Part shown: positions 37,930 through 51,561 of the stretch, in pieces
Numbering within the stretch: the stretch's first letter is position 1
Layout: each line of letters begins with the position of its first letter
From: Stylophora pistillata
Taxonomy: Eukaryota
Direction: 5' to 3'
Length of the DNA stretch: 64,000 nucleotides
NCBI RefSeq assembly: GCF_002571385.2
Contig: NW_019218298.1
Coordinates: forward strand, 137,170-201,169
Notes under the pieces: generated by a model
What the model was told of the DNA's origin: nothing
The model's input: the letters and a program-made list of their open reading frames with translations, nothing else
Database searches by the model: none
Position numbers and translations under genes: made by a program

Positions 37930-39844
37930 GGGAGGGGAAATGGAGTCTTGTATAGATGAATGTAGTAAGGTGTCTAGTAAGCTACGGAAGAAAAGTGGGC
38001 AAACATCACCAGTCAACTGGGTGTCAGTAGTGACATTATCATTTCATTTCATGGTATAACAGGGTAATAAAGAATCTTCGCACGCCCTGATTGGTCGAAA
38101 ACCAGGGGTCCTGCACGTTCGCAAACTGAATTGTAGATTAGTGATGTTTCCATTTGGTTGCTCGCCGCAGTTATTGGAGCAATCAGCAGTAAAGCTGCTG
38201 TCCCACATCTGAGTCATGACAGTGCGAAATGTGACCTTTTTTACGATGTAATATCAAGTGGGATCCATACCCACATTTAACTTTTTGTAACCCTGTTTTG
38301 AATGAATTCTAAGCTTTATAAACGCAAGAATAAAGTTCACATTAAAAATACATTTATACTGGAAATTCTTTCTGAGGCGAGCGCGAAAACGAGAGTGAGA
38401 AAACTCATTATCCGTTAAACATCAGAAGAGCAAATAGAAAATGACACTTTATTTCTTGACGGGGGAATTAAATCTGTCATGTGTGAAATTATCAGATAAC
38501 CTTTTGTATTTAATTTCATGGACGGAAAAAGTTAATAAAATAGAAACCGAAACCTTAAATGAATTGACTGTCAGCTAAATTAACGCCTCTCCAAGACAAG
38601 AGAGATGACAGCCTATGCAGCGATCAAAAATCCCTATATTTTGTAGCTTCTGGAAATGACCCGGTGGAAAACACAAAGTGAGTTCTCGGGAGCGCGCGAA
38701 GGAAGAAGACACGTGTTGCTCGAAATTAACTGTACCCATATTTGAAGGCTTTTTTTTCCCGATAATTATTATTATTGTTAAGAATTCTTGAATTAAGAAA
38801 AAAAGATTTCCACCCGGCCTTAACTGCTTGGGGTGAGTTGTTGTATTTCCAGTAATGTTAGCTACATGTCAAATCTATTTTTTTTTTTCGATTTCCACTT
38901 GCACTTTCTTCACTTTTCTTCAAGCTTGTTTTAAAGTCAAGAAACCAAACGATAATTCCACTACTGGAACGAAACATGAACCCTTAAAAAATTTTTCTGC
39001 ATCTCTACAGAACAATAGTTTAAACTTATCTGCATTCGATTGTCAAAACAAAACAACTACGATGTAATGTTTCACCCCAACCCCGTCCGCTACTGTGAGC
39101 AACGCACCTTACACCTTAAGCAATCAAATACACTTCGGATATTCTTGTTCACCTTATTCTTTCTTGATATCGTTACCGAAAGCATTTTCCTCCACAGAAA
39201 TACATCAGGGAGACATTGTACACAAAAGTGGACCCAGTAAAAGGTCTCTTTGTTAGATTTCTCTAACGGGAAGTTTTGATACGTACAAGAAGACATTTCT
39301 GAGGGTATTTTGAATTAATCCAAGGACACTTCAAGTTTTCCGCAAAGACAGCCAAAATGTTTACCAGAATGTCTTCAAAAGGAAGCAACAAAGCATGACC
39401 GATAAATAGAATGTTACTAGATGGAGTAAACCACGAAAATTTGTATCAGTCTACTTGGATGTAAACTCGATTAATTAAGACAATTAAGAATAAAATAATG
39501 CTATTCAGAACAAAGGGCTCGAGAAAATAGAGGGCCGACCCCATCAAATTTAGATCATTTAAGGCCACGATTCTGGAGTGTATAAGGTAGCTTCTTCCTT
39601 TTAGGGATGTGCACAAGCTGTTCATATCAATCAAAGAAACCGATTCATTAAAAATTTCTGTGTGCCTTGAAGAATAAATAAACCACAGCACCAAACGGAA
39701 AATTGATTACTCGCAATAATGCTCTACCCTGATTTTGCAAGATCTTTGTTGGAAAACAAACGAACAAAATAACACAAATAGTATTTCTACAATAAAACAA
39801 TAATTCAAAACAGATAATGTATTTTGTATTTATTCACAAGTTTA

Positions 39845-40127
39845 AGTGGCGGTAGTCAAGCTGGGCTATGGAAACCGCCTCCCGAATAAACCGTTGCTCC
39901 CGTCTCCTGCTTCTATTAATTAGTTAATTTGGTTAGGCAGGAGACGTTAAAGAACCTACTCACGAGATTACTATGATATGGTTTGGCCTGTTTACTGGGA
40001 ATTGGGGACTGGGGGGGGGGGGGCTGGCCTTGTAATTATTGACACGGGATCCACTGTAATTGGCTAAGGTTGTATGGTCTCCCTGCCTAAGATAATTAAG
40101 CGAAGCTAAATAAATAAATAAATAAAC
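39845..40127 (+). mobile_element. Degenerate SINE-like element
   Basis: GC-richer body with GACGTTAAAGAACC and a (TAAA)n tail. Confidence 0.4.
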
Positions 40128-41003
40128 AAACACATTGATGTCAAGCGCGCTTTGCTGAGTAGTCAGCAGGATATCTCAACGCTTTGACCAAGAGAAAATT
40201 TCTTCTCGATATTCCAATACAATCCGCGAAGCAGATAAGTGATGAGAATATAGAAAAACATCAATTAGGAGATTAATTGATTGAACACTAAATTCCCTGA
40301 ACCAGCATCATATAAACTGTATGGCTGAGCAAGACCTCATTCATTGCCAGTGAGAAATGCGATCTCCATCGGGTTGGTTGTGCATTTGTATCTAAAACTA
40401 CCATTAAGTCAACACCTTCATGTTTTATCGACTCAACTCGCGTCCTCTTGATATTAATCCAACAAATTGTAATGAAAAGATATTTCATATCTTCGTAATA
40501 TAAAGTAATACATGTCACAAAGAACTAGCACGTGAAGCTTTGCTGTAGTACTTACTAACTAAAATAAGCGAATGTTCGTGCGATCAAAAATTCGAACCTT
40601 ATGTGCAAAAATCGGACTGAAATACGTCCTACTTAAAATTGCTCTTCGATATTTACCGGGAAGTAAATCCTTCCCTATGTATTAACTTTTACTTTTCTAC
40701 CACGCTCTTTAGAAGAACTTTGGATTCTTTGAACACATTTTCTTCTCGCCCTCTACAATATAAAAATTGTTAATATTTTTTACTCCTCACCAACATTGAT
40801 AATTGAAAGGTATTATTTCCTAGACTAAAAAACTGCTTTTATCCCGACATTCCTGCGTATTATCTATTAAGTAGTTCTAGTGTGATCTTGCTGTTATACT
40901 TAGAAAAAATACTTGGAGAGATAAATATAAAATTGTCAACGATGACATACTGATAAAAGGGAAGCTTCGAGGCTTGATATTCTAGTGCAGTATCAGTAAT
41001 AAA

Positions 41004-41606
41004 TACGTATGATGCACGATCCTCGCAGTAGAGAGCGCTATTTATGCAATAGCGAAAATCAGACCTGAAAAAAATCAGGCCTGTACGGGATTCGAACCAC
41101 AGACCTCTGCGATACTAGCGCTCTAGCATACATGAACTTCATATATTCTTTGTATCTGATTTATCATCACGGGTTTATTACGAATTAACTTAACGGCCTG
41201 CTCCCAGTTGGCTTGTTAGCTCAATTGGTAGAGCGCTGCACTAGTATCGCAGAGGTCAGTGGTTCGAGTCCCGTACAGGCCTGATTTTTTTTCAGGTCTG
41301 ATTTTCGCTATTGCATAAATAGCGCTATCTACTGCGAGGATCGCACATCACACGTATCTAATACGCAGTTCAAAATATATGAACTTCATATATTCATTGC
41401 ATCTCATTTATCACTTTCACGGGTTTATTACGAATTAACTTAACGGCCTGCTCCCAGTTGGCTTGTTAGCTCAATTGGTAGAGCGCTGCACTAGTATCGC
41501 AGAGGTCAGTGGTTCGAATCCCGTACAAGCCTGATTTTTTTTCAGGTCTGATTTTCGCTATTGCATAAATAGCGCTATCTACTGCGAGGATCGCACATCA
41601 CACGTA
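41004..41606. repeat. tRNA-Thr(AGT)-like fold-back/tandem repeat
   Basis: One inverted partial unit plus two ~250-bp direct units, each with GGCTTGTTAGCTCAATTGGTAGAGCGCTGCACTAGTATCGCAGAGGTCAGTGGTTCGA(G/A)TCCCGTACA(G/A)GCC followed by a T8 run. Confidence 0.85.
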
Positions 41607-44600
41607 CAAAAAGGCCACCGTTGCAGGTCTACCGTATCCTTAATCCATGCTCCCAGAGCTCGTTATTTGGCGACCATACAGCTGACAAGGAGACAAAACG
41701 ACCCTGGGTTCGACTGATTGGGGCAGCTCAAATCCTTTACGTCCGAAATGTGGACTTGCAAGTTACTCCAACTGTTGTTTGTTTGTACAACAGCTTGAAA
41801 ATTTTTATCGTAGTAAAACTGTATATTATGGATACGCTCTTTTCCTTTTGGCGCTTTTTGATTTTGCTTTGGCGAAGCTCGTTCGAGAATTCGAGGAACT
41901 TTAAATGACAAATCCGAGCTCAGGTGGGAAATGTCTTGGTTGGGAAGTGTAAGTTGCGGCTCAAAGCTCGAAGCTTCGATGAAAATAGTACAAACACCTC
42001 CAGGAATTTTGCTTGCCGTCGCTTTAAATGAATGATCGTCGAGGAAAGTAATTTTAACTTGTCAAAGACGTCCAAATCCAAAACCAATGTGTGGTAAAGA
42101 TTCAGTTGCCGCAATTCCTCCGGTCTTTTCTTTTTTTGATGGAAAGTCTGTTGACAAAAGTACTAAATGGATCAAAGTCAGCGATACGAACGTCACCTGA
42201 CTTCCAAACGAATTACCGAAAACACGAAACCACGCTAACCTGGAGGTGGCGTTAGACCGGCGACGGCTAAACCGCTCTAGAAAAACTGGAAATAGTTCCT
42301 ACACTACCTTTTTAGCAGATCTAGTAAGTGCGTCTACATGGAAATTTTGGAGAGACGCGGTCAGCAAAATTTAAGCTTTCACTAACCGTAAGTTTAAATT
42401 GTGATTTAACGATTTATATCGTCGCCGGACAGATGTATTTACCCGTCAGCAAAGCGTTTTACTGTCATCATTTCAAAAATGGCACTATAAAGAACGACAA
42501 AGAAAATCCTTAAAACTTCTTTATTTACTGATAAATTTAGTTTTGCGAATGTTAAAATGCAAAGGCCTACTAGTTCAATTTCGCTGCAGAAATTAGCCGA
42601 GTCGACAGTTATAAATTTGACAAGTATTGATCCCGGCTTCATGTTCCTTATATAACAGAAAGCGTCTTCGGATCCTCAAAAAAACAACCAGCCGGGCGAC
42701 ATTCCTCAATTGTCTAAGTTAGCCGCCATCTTTCTCCTTGTAAACATCTGGTGCTCGTCTGCAATGGACCTAATTCGCTGACAGTTTTCACGTGAGATTG
42801 CTTTGCGAGTTGTGAGAACACCGCTTTTATTTCATTTAAGAGAATGCATTTGAGAAAACTCCCCCCCCCCCTCTCCCCTTGGTGAAACTGTATTACTGAA
42901 ACAACTTTCCATCTAATAGTAGTTCCGCCACAACCATTCAAAATTTCCTAGAGATGATCATAGAGGTAGACATGCATTACATTTCTCTTAAATTGCACGT
43001 GCAAACGCGAGCTGAATTCTCAAACCGCGTGGTATTTACGATGCTCGACTAGATGTTTAATTTTTCCCATAACTAATAGCGAGGTTTACTTGACTCATTT
43101 GCTTTTGGCCTTTCAGAAAGCTTCCATAGTCTCTAAACAAATTCAATAACTTCCCGTAATTTGATATGAATATAAATAAGCCTGTTTACCTCAACCATCA
43201 TTTAACAGTTTCTATTAACAAATGCATTAGGGTAAAACAAAGCATACCTAATTAGGAGAAGGGCCGCCCTAAAGTTATCACGAAAAGTAACAATTTACAA
43301 AAATATACCACCGAAACTTTCAGGTACCAATAACAGGCTAGGGTAACAACTCGCCCTATCCGTGAACGTTAAAATAACTTGCCTATACCCCTGAAATAAA
43401 ATTATACCAAAAAAAAAGATATACGAAATTAAAAAAAATAGCAATGTATGAAACGGTCTAAAATAACAAAAACCATTGCTTTCCTTTATAACTCACCATA
43501 CCTAGTAATGGATGGTAAAGTTTCTGGTAAGTTTTTAAGCGTCTTTTTTTGTTCCCTTATTATCTATCAAGTAGTTCGAGAAGGGTCCTTCGTTGACACT
43601 AAAGAAAAAAAACTTAATTAATACTTTGCAATAGCGTGCGTAAAAACACCGTGAACATCAGAGTTAGAAACAAAATAATAAACCATCACAAACATTGGAA
43701 AAGTCACATGAGGTTTCGAGGTCTGATTTTCCAGTGCAGCAATAGTAAAAAAAGAACTCTTTACCCATCAAATACTTTCGGATTGCTCTTTCTCCTTGCA
43801 TGCAACGCACTAAGACTTGGATAAGGTGTTCTCTTAGGCCGCATGGGCGGCAATAGATCACAAGTATCACACTCAGTCTCATCTGAAGAGTCACTTTCTG
43901 AAAATGAACACATTTGTGAACGAATTTAGCCATAAGTAACGATGGAAAAGGATCTTCACGCCTGGAGTGGATGTTAACGTATCACTAAAACAACTCTTCA
44001 TTTCATGACAGTTCCTCCACAAACCTAACATTTTCCCTAAAAATCATCGAGCTGCACAGCTCTAGTTGGTGGAACCATATGAATGAAACAACTTTCCATT
44101 TCATAGTAGTTCCTCTGCCCAAAAGTTCCTAGAAATGATTCTAGAGGTAGAAATGTATTAACTTCCCTAGAATTGCGCAGAGGTCGCAGGGAAAACGCGA
44201 GCTGAATTCTCAAACCGTATTCCAAATGATGTATGGCATTTATCATGCTCGACTGGATGTTTAAATTTTCCCAAAACTGAGACCCATGAGCGTAGTTTAC
44301 TTGACTCACTTGTTGTTGGCCTTTCAGAAGGCTTCAATGCTCTATAAATGAAATCATCAACTTCTCATATTTTGACATGAATATAAAAATAGCTTGTTTA
44401 CCTTAACAATCCATCAAACCTTTCTTCACAGTTAATATTGACAAATGCTATGATGGTAAAACAAGACGTACCTAATTGGGATTNNNNNNNNNNNNNNNNN
44501 NNNNTCAATCAAGTAGTTCGAGAAAGGTCCTTCGTTTACGCTAAAGAAAAAACAACTTAATCAATACTTTGCAATAGCGTGCGTAAAAACACCGTGAACA

Positions 44601-46784
44601 TCAGAGTTAGAAACAAAATGATGAACCATCACAAAAATTGAGAAAGTCACATGAAGTTTCAAGGTCTGATTTTGCAGAGCAGCAATAGTCAAAAAACAAC
44701 TCTCTACCTATCAAATACTTTCGGATTGCTCTTTCTCCTTGCATCCAACGCACTAAGACGTGGATAACGTCTTCTCTTTGGCCATATGGGCGGCCGCGGA
44801 TCACAAGTTTCAAGCTCAGCCTCATCTGAATTATCACTTTCTGAAAATAAACACATTTGTGTACGAATTTAGCCATGAATAACTACGAAGAACGGTCTGC
44901 ACGGCTCTATTAGGTGGTACCGTGTAACTAAAACAACTCTCCATTTCACAATAGTTCCGCCACAAACCTAAACATTTTCCTAAAAATTATCGTAGAACTG
45001 AAATGAAAGTAAATTAAAAAAAAAAGTATATACAAAACTAAAAACATAGCAATGTATATATCTGTCCAAAGTAACAAAAATCAATGCTTTTTTCAAACTC
45101 ACCATGTAAAATGTATGGCACAGTTACTGCTGAGTTTTTAAACTTTCCTTCCACAGCGTCAGAGGAAGAAAGGTATGCATCAAGAGATCTTTTAAGGAAG
45201 AAACCAAGGAAGAAACTAGGGACGGTGACAACAATGAAGAGCCTCCAACCTAGAAAGCACATGATGTTGACGTTATTTACCTCAAAGAGGCAGGTAATGA
45301 TCAAGTCGGCTGGAAATCACATTCCATCATGCAAAACAATTATTTACCTCTTTGGATTGGGTAAGGCTCTCAAGCTAGAACCAATAACTAACATTTTGGC
45401 ATTTCAATTCTAATTTTCTAATTTTCTAATTTTTACCCTAATATATCGCTGTTTGAAAATCTGGAGTTAAATTTACTCACCTTCCAAACAGTACTGAAGA
45501 GAAACCGTTGTGAGTCTCTTTGAAAATAAGTTCAATTCTTATGTGTTTATGGACCCCTTTTTACACTGTTGCACTTAGGCCTAACGATCTTCAACAATTA
45601 TAAGGGTTACGCATACAGTTTGTCACAAAACACTAACCTTCGGGCATAAATCCTCCTAATAAACTTAGCAACATGATAGTACACATCACGACTCTATCCC
45701 AGTTTTGTGTACAGTAAGGTATCACTCTTCTATATAAGACTCTCCGTGTGTGACCTGCATTTTAAATTAAATGTTGAAGTAATTATACTAGAACGAAAAG
45801 CAACTGATCGATTTTAAACGAGGAGGTTAATTACACCGATTGACCCGCACAAAACAAGCACATGCAAAAGGATATGAACAAAGGCGATAAGAACAAGAAT
45901 AAGGTGACATGGGCACACAAACGTAAGTATGAGTGCGAATCAAGACTGTCTACGAGCTTGACATTGGAATCCACTTTGGATTAAATAAAAATCGCGATCA
46001 AAGGAAATTTGTGGTACGGCTGAGGTAGAAAAGTTACCAAGTGGTAAACCATCAATATTCCACGAGTTACTTGCAGGTTATCAGTATACAAACCAATACA
46101 AATCTTCAATTGAGAGAATTGGTATTTTTAAGATAATACAAGTAATATGTGGGAAATGTACTAGTTATATACAAATTAATCGAATGAAGCCTTACACTGC
46201 TGTAAAAAGTAAAATGTCTCACAAATCCCTCCCGGGAATTGAGTGTAGGTTTGTACTTTCCTTTTCATTTATCGACTAGAAGAACGTAATTGAATAAAAT
46301 CTCGCATTCTGATTCGTAAACGAAGCAAGGTATCGCAACATTGATAAAGGCGTTCGCCCTTGGCGTTCAAGCTTCAGACATGTACATAAATGTTCGTGCT
46401 ATATCGTAAGATAGGTTGTGGGTTATTAATCATGGTAAATAACACTTAAAAGAGAAACGTACTCTTTCGTATCACGATGTGGTCACTAGGAATCTGGATT
46501 GCAACGTTTCGAATGCATAATGCTCCTACTAGTCGTAGTCTCTGACGCGAGAACAGCTCCTATGCCTTGTGGTTATAGACGGCAGCGAAGTTGTTCCAAA
46601 AGGCCTCTCACGCAGGGTAGGACTGTGATGGATCTGAACTCGGTGGGGGGTTCATTGCTGGTGGTCAGCGTTTTAATTTTGTTAACCTCTGCACAAAGGA
46701 GGAGGGGTAACCATTAAAAACAACGAAAGATGACGAATGTTTCTTCTCACAGTTACAGGCTACGCTATGCTCACACCTAGTACA

Positions 46785-47345
46785 CCCAAAGGACGCCATC
46801 GACTCAGCTAAACAGGATGGCGTGGTCCACATGATTCACTTTGAGAACGGAAAGGTTTTCCATCGGCAAAACTGGCAGATCTATGCAGGAAAGAATCAAG
46901 GAACACAACAGGGATATCCGAGTCCGTAAGACGCAGATCTCCGCCGTCTCAGAGCACGCCGATAACACCGGACCCCGCCCGCTCTGGAACGAAGTTAAGT
47001 GTATTGATCGAGATCATCATTTCTCTACACGCAGGGTGAAAGAGGTAATTCACATGAGACTTTAACCTAATAACATCAACCAGGACAGAGGAATTGAAAT
47101 CCCAGAAGCTTGGATGCCTACGATCAAAAAACACAACAACAGGAGAGCCGTGAGGCAGCGGACCACAGAGGGAACCTGATCCAAAAGATGTACTAATCAC
47201 AGCTGTGGAATTCCATTCAATCCCAGCGGAGCACAACAGCATAAAGGTCACGAGTACTTAGTCGACCTCATCGCCCCTGAAGAAGACTAGCAGTGTGCAG
47301 TCTTAATCCACATCCCAAGTGACTACATCGTGAGACAATGATTAC
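46785..47345 (+). mobile_element. Penelope-like element 3' fragment (GIY-YIG)
   Basis: KQDGVV, TGRSMQERIKEHNRDIR, SAVSEHA, RRVKEVIH, GIEIPEAWMPTIKKHN. Truncated hammerhead CTGAAGA-AGACT..AGTC lacking GAAA at ~47277-47302. Confidence 0.85.
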
Positions 47346-50300
47346 GTTTCTCTTTTTATGTTCGATGTGAACTGTTGAAGGTAAAACTCTCCCTACCCAC
47401 TAATGGTAAAAAATAATTTACACCCCTGAAATAAAAAGAAACAAAAAGAAATGATATACGAAACTTAAAAAACGGCAATGCATGAAACAGTCTAAAGTAA
47501 CAAAGGTCAATGCTTTCCTTTTTAACTCACCATGTATAATGGATAGGAAAGTTCCTGCTAGGTAAAAGATACAAGCGGAAGCGTAGTGAAGTGTCCCCAA
47601 TAAAGCAGCAATGCCGCGCAGATAACCTAGAATTGACGATAACGCAGATAACGCAGATGTTGACGTTATTTCCCTCAAAGACACAGGTACTGATCAAGTC
47701 GGCTGGAAATCGCATTCCATCATGCAAATCAAATGGTTTACCTTCTTGAATTAGGTTAAGTGCCAAGGAAAATAATGGTCCGTCACTAATCTTGATAGTT
47801 TATATACAAATAACAAATACATATAAGGTGAAACAAGGTGTACCTAATCGGAGAAGGGGCGCCCTAAAGTTATAATAACAAGTCATAATTTACAAAAGTG
47901 AACACTGAAAACTTCTAAAAGCCAATGAGAGGCTAGGGTACAACCCTCCCTATCCACTAATGTTAAGAAAAAAAAATTGGCCTACACACCTGAAATAAAA
48001 ATAAACAAAAAGAAAAGATTTGAGCGAAACTAAAAACAAAACCAATGCATGAAACAGTCTAAAGTAACAACAGTCAATGCTTTCCTATTTAACTCATCAT
48101 GTGCAATGAATGGCACGATTCCTGCTTGGATTTTAAGCGTTACTTTAACATCGTAAAAGATATAAGCGGAATCGTTTCGAAGTATCACCAATAAAGCAAC
48201 AATGAAGAGCCAACAACCTAGAAAGCACATAGGATTGACGTTATTTCCCTCAAAAAAACAGGTACTGATGAAGTCGGCTGGAAATCACATTCCACCATGC
48301 AAATAAATTGGTTTACCTTCTTGAATTGGGTGAAGGCTTTTTCTACTCTGATATATCGCTCTTTGAAAACATGGAGTTATGTTCACTTATCTTTCAAACA
48401 GGCTGAAGAGGAACCGGTGTAAGTCTCCTTGAAAATAAATTCTATTCTTGTGAATCTATTGACCCCTTTTCACACTGTTACACAGAGGCCAAGCGATCTA
48501 TAAGAGTTAAGCGTACAATTTGCCACAAAACACTAACTTTCGAGCATGAATCCTGTTAATATCCTGAGAAAAATGGAAATACACATCAAGAGTGTGTCAC
48601 CTGTAATTTAAAAAAGAGCAGAAAAAAAAAATAAATACAACAATAATAGAATAAAAAATGCCTTATCAGATGGCTTAATACAGAATCACAATACGGGCGG
48701 ACATTTTACTCTTTTCCCATATTTGAAAGAATACGAAATAAGCAATATAAAAAACCACGAAACTCACAAAAGATACCAGCAGCTAGTTACATGTTAAATG
48801 TAGTATATTTTAAACCATAGAGTGTGCAATAGCTATTTTATACCAGAAACAGCAGTGGCCAACACATTCAATGCCACAGACGGATGAGCATCAATTCTAT
48901 TAGAAGTTGGATGTCCTCTGGCAATTCGTCCATAACAACAAAACTACAGCTCAAGGGTTCAAGCTCATACTATCTTGACAAAGTCTTTGAGAACGTTTTC
49001 AAATTTTTAACTAATTCCAATTTATTTCCCAGAAATGAAAACATGCTTCTCACATAGGGCTATTTTATAATGAAACACTAAACAGAAACTGGAAATGAGG
49101 ACGAACATAAAATTTCGACAAAAAGAAGATCGCAGTGCTCGATTGGAAGTGCGGGTGTAACTCTGTCGAATGTGCAACGGCTTTCCCAGACATAGATTAA
49201 TCTCTTTCTGACACAGAAACTTCGAAGAGTTTAATCCTCTGGAAACGGGAAAAAGTACCCGATAAAATCGTTTTTTGCCTGACAAAAGAACGGTTCTTTC
49301 CGTCGTCTTTCAGTTTCCATTCAATGTAAAACTGCGTCCCTTTCTCAACTGGATGGCCTTGGGACTTAAGTAAGTAAGCAAGCAATATCTTTGTTAAAGG
49401 GGGTAACACATTTAGTTAAAAACTAATAAATTAATGGCCCTAAAAGAAATTTACATGCGATATACAAAAATGCGATGATAAATATAGATATACGAATCAA
49501 ATTCCGAAAATATGAAAAATATCATATAGTCACATTCGATTACCATAAGTAATGAATCATTTGTAAATTTTGACATTTCGAACTTTAATACGATTTCATT
49601 TCTTCTGCTTTTTTTCAAGTCTGGGATTTTTGGAGTGTCCCTAAATGATCTTGTGGTAACTTAGTTTACGAGTAGCGGTGAACGGGTAACACTAAAAGTT
49701 CTGTCCCCTCCATCTTTCGTTTCTTTAGTGGGCGCATGAGGTTTATGCTCGAATATCTAGAATTTTTCCATGAATTCAGTGTTTTTTTCTCCAAGCTTTA
49801 GCGTAAAACAGAGTCATATTCTCTGACATACAGCAAGTTTAAGCTCTTATGTCTATGCATGTCCCAACACGAAACACATCTTCCCGAACACGCATCACAA
49901 GCATAAAATTGTTCAACTTCCCTCAAGAAGTATATACTCACTGAAAAGAACAAACATGTAAAAGGCATAAAACCAAAACCTCTTCTTTTCCTTGCCCTTT
50001 GCTTGGTCAAATTGGGCCGTTTCCTCAGAAGATGGTTCAACTGGAGGAGCTAAGGATGAGGCTTCCTTTTCTGTTGGCTCTTCACCTATTGTAAAAGTTC
50101 CTCCGTTGAAAAAAAATTACCATATCCCATACGTAAAACACAACAATGCCGGAGATCTTTTTGCTTCTCGAACAGTGAAGTACAAACATGCGAGACATCG
50201 GTTCTCTCTTAACCATTTTTATCGCAGTTTTTAAGAGTTTTGGTTAAAAAGGAAAGGTTCAAGTGAGCGAGACCAAAACCTTGAAAAATTGCAAGGCGTC

Positions 50301-50412
50301 TTACATTTTCACTGAAGTATTATAATACTTTGCGAACGAAAAATACCATGATACCATGCTGCCGCTAAATCAGTTTTGAAGCTAGGTTCTTTTTTTGTAT
50401 CAGAATTTTCAC

Positions 50413-50922
50413 TGTGAAAGTTTAGTGCAATCGTCTGGGCAATCGTAGTCCTGAGAAGGACTGTTGTCGGTGGAGGTGACTGACGTGTCCACAGCCTGTG
50501 CGAATGTCATCATCAGTGTAAAGTGAAAATTTGTTGTCAGTGGAATGTTCTTAGTCCAGTTCGTATTAAATGATGGGTCAGTTGTTTTTTCTTTTTTGGC
50601 TGTAAGACTCAAGTGGCGTAAGTCGGTCGTGATTAGTCTGTTTCGATCTGTCGGTAAAGTTAAGTCGTTCTGCACGATTCGGTTGCAATGTTAATGTCGT
50701 GAATGAGTCTAGTATGGTGCCAGTAGTAGTTGGCACTTGCTGAGGGCAGTTTGTTCTAAGTTAGTAAACCAGCTTTCCACAGTCCGTCGTACGAAGTAGT
50801 TAATGCTGTGGGTCAGACAATGCGCAAAGTCCCACTCAAAAGTATGGTTCGCAAGTCCAGGATGTTTAGCTGTGCGACTAAACATTCACATGTTACCCCC
50901 GGGTTCAAACCAATTACTGTAA
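50413..50922 (-). mobile_element. Penelope-like element 3' fragment with degenerate hammerhead
   Basis: 11-bp TSD AGAATTTTCAC (50402-50412, 50923-50933); absent from the paralogous site ~56580. Minus strand CLTHSINYFVRRTVESWFTNLEQT; CTGATGA...GACACGTC motif ~50480-50516. Confidence 0.8.
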
Positions 50923-51561
50923 AGAATTTTCACACTTGAAATTATATTCTCAAGTAATGCCTAAGCTTACAAACCAGAGCGCATTTTTCGTTTCAGCGGA
51001 CGGATGATCATGTCTCCTTGAATACAGTCTATCAACTTTATGACAAGGGACTGTCAAGTAAGACAGTCTGACAAAAGCTTATCCAAAAATTGAGCTTTCG
51101 ATTCAATTTAGAATAATATCGACCAGGACTCGAAGAAAATTCATCCCAAATGGGTCTGCTCGGCAAGTAAACGAATGCTTTTTTCGAGTCCGGGAAAACT
51201 CAGATCGACAAAAAATTATTTCGACCTCAAATTGGCCGCTCCAACAAATTACATTCAGTGCGACTCAAGATTATCCTCTAACTTGAATTTGGAATCCACC
51301 TTGGATGACAAGAAAATTGCGTTGTACAGCTGAAGTGGAAAATTTAGCAAGTGGCAAACCATCGAATATCCCACGAGTTACTTGCAGATTATCAGTCTAA
51401 AAACCAATATGCGAATCTCCAACTGACAGACTATATTATCAAGATAATACAGGTAACATGAGGGATATACACAAGCTGTGCAGCGCTCTTGATTTGTATA
51501 CCGAGGATTATCGACATGGTGCCCAAATAAAGCCGTATGACGTACTTCGAAAGGTAGCAGT

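Noticed and set aside
41210-41535. Two genuine tRNA-Thr genes
   Set aside because: Embedded in a multicopy fold-back repeat with an anticodon-stem mismatch; reported as a repeat instead.
43930-44030. GLWRNC..C (claudin-like), WLNSFTNVFIF (GPCR TM7-like) or CGGT (protease-like) motifs
   Set aside because: Short, in different frames, not maintained across the four copies and lacking supporting context.
43560-44990. Duplication flanking an N gap as a haplotype assembly artefact
   Set aside because: Copies differ by many substitutions and indels, more than expected for alleles, and further copies exist away from gaps.
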